DNA of 64,000 nucleotides from Pseudomonadota bacterium (GTDB lineage Bacteria; Myxococcota; JACRCW01; JAFGSX01): NCBI GenBank assembly GCA_043821645.1, contig JBDRCO010000113.1, positions 96,001 to 160,000 of the forward strand, read 5' to 3'. Shown piece by piece: positions 56,371 to 64,000 of this stretch (position 1 is its first letter; each line of letters starts with the position of its first letter). The notes under the pieces were generated by a model. It saw only the letters and a program-made list of their open reading frames with translations, ran no database searches and was not told where the DNA came from. The position numbers and the translations under genes were made by a program.

Positions 56371-59300
56371 ATGATCGCCAAGCTGATTGCCTGGTGCGTG
56401 CACAATCGGGTGTTGGTGCTGTTGCTGACCGGCTTCCTGGTCGTCGCGGGGCTGTGGTCCGCGCGCAGCATCACCGTCGACGCCATCCCCGACCTGTCCG
56501 ATGTGCAGGTGGTCATCCGTACGGAGTACCCCGGCCAGGCCCCCGAGATCGTCGAGGACCAGGTCACCTTTCCACTGACCACCATCATGCTCGCGGTCCC
56601 CTATGCCAAGGTGGTGCGCGGCTACTCGATGTTCGGCGCCAGCTTCGTCTACATCATCTTCGAGGATGGCACCGACATGTACTGGGCGCGCAGCCGCGTG
56701 CTCGAGCAGCTGTCCGTGGTCTCCAGCCGACTCCCGGCGGGCGTGACGCCGCAGCTCGGCCCCGACGCCACAGGCGTTGGTTGGATCTACGAGTACGTGC
56801 TGACCACGGGTCCCTACTGCCCTGACCATCCCGATGGAGCCTGGCACGATCCTGTCTCCGATCGCTGGTATGCCTCTTTCGAGGAGGTCCCCGAAGCGGC
56901 CCGCAAGGGTGCCACCCACCACCGCGTGTTTCCGCCCGCGCGGGTGAACGACTTCGATCCCGTGACCAGTCGCCGCTATGACGATCCGGCTGCTGCTCCC
57001 GCCGACACGCGCTCGCGTCTCGAGGAAGTCGTGCTGAAGCGCGGCTTCGAGACCTGCCCGCTCGACGGCAAGCCACTGCACCAGCCGGATCAAGATCTCT
57101 CGGAGCTGCGCAGCCTCCAGGACTGGTACCTGCGCTACGAGTTGACGGCTCTCGACGGTGTCAGCGAGGTCGCGGCGGTGGGCGGCTTCGTCAAGCAGTA
57201 CCAGGTCGTGGTCGATCCCGTGAAGCTGCAAGCCTTGAAGGTCCCCCTGGCCAGGGTGGAGATGGCCATCCGGCGGAGCAACCTCGATGTCGGCGGCAGC
57301 GTGATCGAGATGGGCGAGGCCGAGTACATGGTGCGTGGCCGCGGCTACCTGGGGCATCCCGATGCCGATCAGCAGGGGCCCATCGCCGCCGGTCAAGAGA
57401 GCCGCGCCCGCAGCCAGCGCGTACTGCAGCAACTCGAGGGCATCGCGCTCGACGCCACGGACAAGGGTGTTCCGATCCGACTCGGCGACGTGGCCTCGGT
57501 TCGGCTCGGCCCGGACATGCGCCGGGGCCTGGTCGAGTGGAATGGCGAGGGCGAGGTGGTGGCCAGCATCGTGGTCATGCGCTTCGGCGAGAACGCCCGC
57601 GACGCCATTGGCCGGGTGAAAGACAGGCTACGGGAGCTGGAGCACGGGCTGCCGCCGGGCGTGGCAGTCCTCACCGCCTATGATCGCTCGGACCTGATCG
57701 ATCGGTCGGTGCAGACGCTCACGCGCACCCTGTTCGAGGAGATCACGGTCGTCGCCCTGATCATCATCCTGTTCTTGCTACATGCGCGCAGCGCCCTGGT
57801 GGCGGCCTTCGTGCTGCCCACCGGTGTACTTCTCAGCCTCACGGCCATGTACCTGCTGGGCATGAACGCCAACATCATGAGCCTGGGAGGCATCGCCATC
57901 GCCATCGGGGTGATGGTGGATAGCTCGATCATCATGGTCGAGAACGCACACAAACATCTCGAGTGGGAGGTCGAGCGTGTGGCCGCGGGCCAGACCGCGC
58001 GCACTCGCGTCGCGGTCATCATCGAGGCCGCCAGCGAGGTCGGACCGAGTCTCTTCTTTGCGCTCTTGATCCTGACGGTGGGCTTCATCCCCGTGTTCGC
58101 CCTCGGTGAGCAGTCCGGGCGTCTGTTCAAGCCCCTGGCCTACACCAAGACCTTCTCGATGGGTGCGGCGGCTTTGCTCGCGATCACCGTGATCCCGTCG
58201 CTGATGTACTACTTCATCTCCGAGCACCTGCTGCCTGACGGCTGGTCGAGACTGCGGCGCTGGGGCACCACTGCGATCGTGGTCCTGGCACCGGCGCTGG
58301 TCCTGCTGCTGGCGCCTCTGCCCGAGCTTCCCATCGCCCGCTCATGGCTGGCCCTGGCCTGGGTCGTCCTGTCACTGCTGGCCATCCTGCCTCAGCGCAT
58401 CCTGGGTGAGCACCAGAATCCCGTGGCCCGCGCGCTGCAATGGCTTTACGCGCCCGCCTTTCGCCTGGTCATGCGGCACCGCCGGATCACCCTCGGGCTG
58501 GCCGTCGCGCTCTTGCTGTCGACGCTGTGGCCACTGAGCCAGCTTGGCTCCGAGTTCATGCCGCCCCTCGAGGAAGGCGATCTGCTGTACATGCCAACCA
58601 CCGACCCCGGCATCAGCGTGACCAAGGCGCGCGAGCTGCTGCAGCAGACCGACAAGCTGATCCTGCAGTTCCCGGAGGTGGCGAGTGTGCTGGGCAAGGC
58701 CGGGCGCGCCGATACGGCCACCGACCCGGCCCCGATGAGCATGCTCGAGACCACCATCGTCCTGCATCGCGACAAGTCGCACTGGCGCCAGCGCACCGTG
58801 GACCGCTTCTACTCGACCTGGCCCAGGTGGTTGAGCTGGCTCCCCAGGCTGGTCCTGTCCGACACACGGCCCATCAACGGCGACGACCTCGTCTACGGCT
58901 ACGAGCTCCCCGGTGGGGTGCACGTGCCCGGACTCAACGAGACCGTGAGCATGCCGGGCCTGACCAATGCTTGGACCATGCCCATCCGCACCCGCATCGA
59001 CATGCTGTCCACGGGCATCCGCACCCCGGTGGGCATCAAGGTCCTCGGCGATGACCTGACCAGCTTGACCGAGATCGGGGAGCACATCGCGCAGGTGCTG
59101 AAGACGGATTCGGCCACCGGCGCCCACACCCTGAGCGCCTTTGCCGAGAAGAGCATGAGCGGCCGCTACTTCGACGTGCAGGTCCGGCGCGACGAGATCG
59201 CCCGCTACGGCCTGCAGGTGGCGGATGTGCAGGCGGTCATCATGAGCGCCCTGGGCGGCATGAACGTTGCGCAGACCATCGAGGGGCGCGAGCGCTATCC

Positions 59301-60165
59301 CATCAACATCCGCTATCCCCATGAGCTGCGGGACAATCGCACCGCCCTGCAGCAGATCCTGGTGGCCACGCCGTCGGGGACGCAGGTACCCCTGGGCCAG
59401 CTCGCCACCTTCACCACCCGCACCGGCGCGGACATGATCAAGAGCGAGAACGCGCGTCTCACCAGCTGGGTGTACGTCGACATCGCGGGCATCGACATCG
59501 GCAGCTACGTCGAGAACGCACGGCGGGTCATCTCCCGCGAGGTCCCATTGCCCGCGGGAACGTCCATTGTCTGGTCCGGCCAGTACGAGTACATGGCCGC
59601 GGCCAACCGTCGGCTGGCGGTGGTGATCCCGCTCGCCGTTGTGCTGATCGTGCTGCTTCTCTACCTCGCCACACACAGCTGGCTGCGGACGTCCATCGTG
59701 CTCCTCGCTGTGCCCTTCAGTCTGATCGGAGCCTTCTGGTTGCTGTACGCCCTCGACTACAACCTGTCCCTGGCGGTCTGGGTGGGCATCATCGCCCTGG
59801 CCGGCCTCGACGCCGAGACCGGGCTGGTGATGCTGCTCTACCTCGAGAACAGCCACGACAAGTTCGCCGCCGATGGTCGCATGCGCGACGATGAGGACCT
59901 GATGGCGGCCGTCCACGACGGTGCCGTGCAGCGCATCCGGCCCAAGACCATGACGGTCATGACGACCTTCATCGGGCTGGTACCCCTGCTGTTTGCAGCT
60001 GGAGCCGGGGCCGACACCATGCGGCGTCTGGCTGCGCCCATGATAGGCGGCCTGGCGTCGAGCTTTTTGCTCGAGCTGCTGATCTACCCGGTGCTGTTCT
60101 TCGTCATCAAGCGAGTGACCACCCACCTCGGTGCGAGCCACGGAGCGCCAGGCGACGTCGTCTGA
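56371..60165 (+). CDS. cusA: CusA-type Cu/Ag RND efflux permease with insertions
   Basis: DAIPDLSDVQV, LGPDATGVGWIYEY, NIMSLGGIAIAIG, GSEFMPPLEEGDLLYMP, DPAPMSMLET and RIRPKTMT motifs. Confidence 0.93.
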   Translation: MIAKLIAWCVHNRVLVLLLTGFLVVAGLWSARSITVDAIPDLSDVQVVIRTEYPGQAPEIVEDQVTFPLTTIMLAVPYAKVVRGYSMFGASFVYIIFEDGTDMYWARSRVLEQLSVVSSRLPAGVTPQLGPDATGVGWIYEYVLTTGPYCPDHPDGAWHDPVSDRWYASFEEVPEAARKGATHHRVFPPARVNDFDPVTSRRYDDPAAAPADTRSRLEEVVLKRGFETCPLDGKPLHQPDQDLSELRSLQDWYLRYELTALDGVSEVAAVGGFVKQYQVVVDPVKLQALKVPLARVEMAIRRSNLDVGGSVIEMGEAEYMVRGRGYLGHPDADQQGPIAAGQESRARSQRVLQQLEGIALDATDKGVPIRLGDVASVRLGPDMRRGLVEWNGEGEVVASIVVMRFGENARDAIGRVKDRLRELEHGLPPGVAVLTAYDRSDLIDRSVQTLTRTLFEEITVVALIIILFLLHARSALVAAFVLPTGVLLSLTAMYLLGMNANIMSLGGIAIAIGVMVDSSIIMVENAHKHLEWEVERVAAGQTARTRVAVIIEAASEVGPSLFFALLILTVGFIPVFALGEQSGRLFKPLAYTKTFSMGAAALLAITVIPSLMYYFISEHLLPDGWSRLRRWGTTAIVVLAPALVLLLAPLPELPIARSWLALAWVVLSLLAILPQRILGEHQNPVARALQWLYAPAFRLVMRHRRITLGLAVALLLSTLWPLSQLGSEFMPPLEEGDLLYMPTTDPGISVTKARELLQQTDKLILQFPEVASVLGKAGRADTATDPAPMSMLETTIVLHRDKSHWRQRTVDRFYSTWPRWLSWLPRLVLSDTRPINGDDLVYGYELPGGVHVPGLNETVSMPGLTNAWTMPIRTRIDMLSTGIRTPVGIKVLGDDLTSLTEIGEHIAQVLKTDSATGAHTLSAFAEKSMSGRYFDVQVRRDEIARYGLQVADVQAVIMSALGGMNVAQTIEGRERYPINIRYPHELRDNRTALQQILVATPSGTQVPLGQLATFTTRTGADMIKSENARLTSWVYVDIAGIDIGSYVENARRVISREVPLPAGTSIVWSGQYEYMAAANRRLAVVIPLAVVLIVLLLYLATHSWLRTSIVLLAVPFSLIGAFWLLYALDYNLSLAVWVGIIALAGLDAETGLVMLLYLENSHDKFAADGRMRDDEDLMAAVHDGAVQRIRPKTMTVMTTFIGLVPLLFAAGAGADTMRRLAAPMIGGLASSFLLELLIYPVLFFVIKRVTTHLGASHGAPGDVV

Positions 60166-60191
60166 TGCAGGGTGTATGTTGAGAGGTGGAG

Positions 60192-61598
60192 ATGTTTTCG
60201 GCGGAGAGTCAGAGCGTGGGCACGACGATCCTGTTCATCGACGACGACGAGACCGGACGCGAGGTCGCCCGCTACAACCTGACCAAGGCCGGCTACACCG
60301 TCGACATGGCGACGCGCGGTGATGAGGGGCTTGAGCGCTTTGATCCCGCCCGACACGCGGTCGTGATCACCGACGTGCGCATGCCCGGGGTCTCGGGTCT
60401 CGATGTGCTGCGGCAGGTGCGCAAGCGCGCACCGACCCTGCCCGTCATCGTGATCACGGCCTACGGTTCCATCGAACTCGCGGTGGACGCCATGAAGCAG
60501 GGCGCCACCGACTTCATCGGCAAGCCCTTCAATCGCGATCACCTGCTGCTTGCCGTCGAGCGCGCGCTCGAGAATGCAGCCTTGCGCCGCGAGGTTCGCA
60601 CACTGCGGCTCAAGAGCCGTGGCATCGAGCGCCCCATCATCGCCGCCTCGGACGCGATGCAGCAGGTGCTACACCTCGCCGACCGGGTGGCAACCTCCGA
60701 CGCCAGCGTCCTGATCACCGGCGAGAGCGGTACGGGAAAGGAGCTGATCGCGCGTCGCCTCCATGTGCGCTCAGAGCGGGTTGAGGGCCCGTTCGTGGCG
60801 GTGAGCTGCGGGGCCCTGCCCGCCGATCTGCTAGAAAGCGAACTCTTCGGCCACGTCAGGGGTGCGTTCACGGGCGCGACCACGGACCGCACGGGCCGCT
60901 TCCGCAAGGCCGAGGGCGGCACCCTCTTTCTCGACGAGGTGGGGGAACTCCCACTGCCGCTTCAAGCGAAGTTGCTGCGGGTGGTCCAGGAACGCGTCGT
61001 CGACGTCGTAGGCTCGGACCGTCCCGTCGAGGTGAACCTGCGCCTGGTGGCTGCCACCAACCAGGACCTCCACCAGAGCGTAAAGGCCGGGAATTTTCGT
61101 GAGGACCTGCTTTTTCGCCTCAACGTCGTCGAGATCGCGCTGCCACCACTGCGCCAGCGCCCGGAGGACATCGAGCCACTGGTCCGTCACTTCGTTTCGC
61201 TGCACGCGGGCGGTCGGGAGCTCGAAATACCGGACTCCGTCGTGGCGGCACTCAAGAAACGATCCTGGCCAGGAAACGCGCGCGAGCTTCAGAACGTCTG
61301 TGAGCGCCTGGCCGTCCTGGCGCAGGGTTCGGCGGTCGCCCTGGCCGATCTCCCCCCGGCAGCCGTTCCAGAGGCGTCAGCCCCCAGCGAGGCTTCCTGG
61401 CCGCCCCTGCCCGCCGACGGTCTTTCTCTGATCGACCTCGAAAGGAGCGTGATCGCGCGCGTGCTCGATTTCAAGGAGTGGAACGTGAGTCAGGCTGCCA
61501 TCTACCTCGGTGTGCCTCGCCACGTCCTCGTCTATCGGATGGAGAAGTACGGGCTTGGGCGCCCGCAGCGGGAGCCCGGTGATCACCGACGATCGTGA
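60192..61598 (+). CDS. sigma54-dependent NtrC-family response regulator (REC, AAA+, Fis HTH)
   Basis: [50 protein letters not shown]. Start uncertain (60186-60216). Confidence 0.95.
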   Translation: MFSAESQSVGTTILFIDDDETGREVARYNLTKAGYTVDMATRGDEGLERFDPARHAVVITDVRMPGVSGLDVLRQVRKRAPTLPVIVITAYGSIELAVDAMKQGATDFIGKPFNRDHLLLAVERALENAALRREVRTLRLKSRGIERPIIAASDAMQQVLHLADRVATSDASVLITGESGTGKELIARRLHVRSERVEGPFVAVSCGALPADLLESELFGHVRGAFTGATTDRTGRFRKAEGGTLFLDEVGELPLPLQAKLLRVVQERVVDVVGSDRPVEVNLRLVAATNQDLHQSVKAGNFREDLLFRLNVVEIALPPLRQRPEDIEPLVRHFVSLHAGGRELEIPDSVVAALKKRSWPGNARELQNVCERLAVLAQGSAVALADLPPAAVPEASAPSEASWPPLPADGLSLIDLERSVIARVLDFKEWNVSQAAIYLGVPRHVLVYRMEKYGLGRPQREPGDHRRS

Positions 61599-62703
61599 AC
61601 ACGGATGGCGCGCGGTGCTTGGTCCGCGGGTGTGGTTGCTGGTCTGGATCCCGATCCTGGTCATCGGGCTCGGCCATTACTCCACCGATGCCAGCAGCAC
61701 CTGGGTCCACGACATCCTGCGCCGCACCTACTACCTGCCCATCCTGTTCGCGGCGTTCTTGCTGGGACTTCGCGGTGGATTGCTCGCCCCCGTCGTGGTC
61801 ATCGTCAGCTATGCCCCCCACGCCTTCCTGCACGAGCATGTGCTGCACGTCGATCCCGCGCGAAACCTCGAGAAGGCACTGGAACTCGTGCTCTACCTGG
61901 TTGTCGGTGCCGTGGCCGGGCAACTCACGGACCGCGAGCGTCAGCGCCGTCGCGCGCTCGAACAGGCCCTCGACACGCAACGCCGGTTGCAGCACCAGCT
62001 GGTCCGCGCAGGTCGACTGAGCGCTCTGGGCGAAGTGGTGGCAGGCATCGCTCACGAGATCAAGAACCCCTTGCATGCACTGCGCGGGACCGCCGAGATC
62101 CTGGACCCGCTCATTCCACACGACATCGAGGAGCGACGCATGTGGGAGCTTCATTGTTCGGAGCTGGATCGCTTATCGACGGTGGCCGAGCGCTTTCTGT
62201 CCTTTGCGCGACCGTCCGCCGCCAACACGGATACGATCCTGGATCTCCGGGAGGTGGTGAGGCGAACTCAGGAGCTCGCGACAGCCCAGGCCCGGCAACA
62301 GCAGATCTCACTGGATCTCGAACTGGGAGAACTGCCGGCGCTGGTGAGGGGTGATCGCGACCAGCTCGCCCAGATCGGGCTCAACATCGTGCTCAACGCC
62401 CTGCAGGCTCTGGGCGACGGACCTGGGCGCCTGTTGCTGGCCGTGGACCCTCTCGTCGACCGCTCGGAGGCCCGGGTAGTGCTGCGAATCGAAAACGATG
62501 GTCCTGCGCTGGACCCGCTTCAGATCGAGCACCTGTTCGACCCGTTCACCAGTGGCCACGATGAGGGTACCGGGCTCGGACTGTCCATCTCGGCACGACT
62601 GGCCGAAGCCCATGGTGGCTACATCGAGGCGGCCAATGCTGGGCTCGGCGTGCGCTTTTCGCTATATCTACCCCGTGCCACCGAGGGAGTGCCGGCACCG
62701 TGA
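61579..62703 (+). CDS. Membrane sensor histidine kinase with His-rich intramembrane sensor
   Basis: About 4 TM helices with GHY, WVHD and PHAFLHEHVLH; AGIAHEIKNPL; NALQA; GTGLGLS. Confidence 0.9.
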   Translation: MITDDREHGWRAVLGPRVWLLVWIPILVIGLGHYSTDASSTWVHDILRRTYYLPILFAAFLLGLRGGLLAPVVVIVSYAPHAFLHEHVLHVDPARNLEKALELVLYLVVGAVAGQLTDRERQRRRALEQALDTQRRLQHQLVRAGRLSALGEVVAGIAHEIKNPLHALRGTAEILDPLIPHDIEERRMWELHCSELDRLSTVAERFLSFARPSAANTDTILDLREVVRRTQELATAQARQQQISLDLELGELPALVRGDRDQLAQIGLNIVLNALQALGDGPGRLLLAVDPLVDRSEARVVLRIENDGPALDPLQIEHLFDPFTSGHDEGTGLGLSISARLAEAHGGYIEAANAGLGVRFSLYLPRATEGVPAP

Positions 62704-64000
62704 AGCTGCCACTTGAAGTCACACCGGCTCCCCTGGTCGAGCACCAGGAGCCTGCAGAGACCCGCGCACACCGGCCTCGCGACCTGGCAGATCTCGTCGA
62801 CACGGCCCTGGTGCTCCTGGACCCGCAGGATCACCTGGTCGCGATGAATGGCGCAGCCTGCAACTTGCTCAACGTCGACCCTGCGAATGTGCCGCAGGCC
62901 GTCGCAGGCATCCCCTTGCTGCTCGAGATGGACCTGCTGCGCTGGGCCATTGACCTGGCGCGCAGCGAGGGCGAGAGCGAGTTCCGGACGCAGCTGGAGG
63001 ATGGGCACTGGTACCAGGTCCGCGCGTGCCGCCGTGAAGATGCGGAATCGAACGGAACCTCCGTGGCGATGTCGTTCACGGATGTCACCGGGCTCGTCTG
63101 TGACATCGAAAAAGCGAGGGAGAGCACGGAACTCTATCGCGGCTTCGTCGAGCGTGCGCGTTCCATCACCTTTCGTTCGGCGCTCAACTTCAAGCCGTAT
63201 TTTTTCCATGGTGCCGTCGAAGAGCTCACGGGCTACAGCACCGAGGCCTTTTCGTCGGGTCATCCGACCTGGGACCAGGTCATCCATCCCGAAGATCGCG
63301 AGGCACGCCTGGCGGATGGCGCCGTGCTGGCGATGCATCCGGTGGACGCACTGGAGTTCGAATACCGCATCCAGCATCGCGATGGCCGTGAGCGCTGGGT
63401 GCGAGAAAGCGTCCACAACATCTGCGGTCCCGACGGCACGCCGCGATGGATACAGGGCTCGATCATCGACATCTCGAAGCGTAAGGCCGCCGAGATCGCG
63501 TTGCTGGAGGCGCAGGAACATTTCCGTCTGGCCTTCGCCACCAGCCCGGACGCGATCGCCATCAGCCGGCTCGACGATGGGGTATACGTCGACGTCAATG
63601 ACGGATGGATCGCGCTCAGTGGTTTCCAGCGTGATCAGATCAAGGACCGCACGGATCTCGATCTCGGCATCTGGTGGAATCTCGAGGACAGGCAGATCTT
63701 TGCCCGGGCCCTGCGAGAGGATCGGGTGCTTCGTAACTGGGAGATCCGCTTCAGGCACCGCGATGGTCAGGAGATCATCACGCTGTGTTCCGCGGCCCTG
63801 CTCCACCTCGGGGGCCAGACCTGCATCCTGACCCTGGCGCGGGACATCCGGGAGCTCAAGGCCGCCGAGCAGCGCCTGCGCGACAGCGAGGCGCGCTACC
63901 GCCTCATGGCCGAGAACGCGAGTGATGTCATCGCCCGCCACGACGCCACTGGACACTTCCTGTATGTCTCCCCGGCAGCGCGCCGCATCTTCGGCTATCA
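62700..64000 (+). CDS. Multi-PAS sensor protein, 3'-truncated by the window (absent from the ORF track)
   Basis: GTGA overlap with the kinase stop. The frame is open to the window end with successive PAS/PAC units (IHPEDR, EYRIQHRDG, FATSPDAIAI, RYRLMAENASDVIARHD). Confidence 0.88.
   Translation, partial: MKLPLEVTPAPLVEHQEPAETRAHRPRDLADLVDTALVLLDPQDHLVAMNGAACNLLNVDPANVPQAVAGIPLLLEMDLLRWAIDLARSEGESEFRTQLEDGHWYQVRACRREDAESNGTSVAMSFTDVTGLVCDIEKARESTELYRGFVERARSITFRSALNFKPYFFHGAVEELTGYSTEAFSSGHPTWDQVIHPEDREARLADGAVLAMHPVDALEFEYRIQHRDGRERWVRESVHNICGPDGTPRWIQGSIIDISKRKAAEIALLEAQEHFRLAFATSPDAIAISRLDDGVYVDVNDGWIALSGFQRDQIKDRTDLDLGIWWNLEDRQIFARALREDRVLRNWEIRFRHRDGQEIITLCSAALLHLGGQTCILTLARDIRELKAAEQRLRDSEARYRLMAENASDVIARHDATGHFLYVSPAARRIFGY

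Noticed and set aside
130-63956. Many long antisense and alternative-frame ORFs (e.g. 7038..9290 +, 16822..19077 +, 32927..34846 -, 36041..38725 +, 58372..60141 -)
   Set aside because: They overlap well-supported genes, have no recognisable motifs, and are expected from stop-codon scarcity in high-GC DNA.
1-64000. Mobile elements, prophage, rRNA or tRNA genes
   Set aside because: No transposase, integrase or phage motifs, terminal repeats or tRNA/rRNA signatures were recognised by eye. tRNAscan and Infernal were not run.

Overview
High-GC (roughly two-thirds G+C by eye) bacterial chromosome segment with a myxobacteria-like (Myxococcota/deltaproteobacterial) gene repertoire: MYXO-CTERM-type proteases, a TIGR02266 PilZ-like protein, a zinc-ribbon/GYF/TPR protein and many large lipoproteins. 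About 38 real CDS are supported; most other ORFs in the track are antisense or alternative-frame shadows. No rRNA, tRNA, CRISPR array, transposase or phage gene was recognised. Contents in order: a CpaF/TadA-like protein with a destroyed Walker A; a 13-repeat PPC lipoprotein; a histidine kinase, a receiver fused to an SLC13/DASS transporter, and a second receiver; a glycosyltransferase coupled to a NarX/NarL-type pair; a large EDR1/transglutaminase-like protein; beta-propeller and beta-helix surface proteins; a Ser/Thr kinase; an ATP-grasp ligase; tandem S1 proteases; a FecR/outer-membrane barrel/adhesin triad; queD, a divergent folE and copZ-copA; a BpsA-like polyamine synthase with an AdoMetDC-like tail; and a cusCBA-like efflux operon with a sigma54 promoter, enhancer-binding protein and kinase. 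The best candidates for undescribed biology are (1) the two-component pathway that ends on a transporter rather than DNA, (2) the BpsA fusion to a pseudo-AdoMetDC domain, (3) the EDR1-like effector-style protein and (4) the FecR/barrel/adhesin module with no sigma factor. All family calls are motif recognition by eye; no database search was run.
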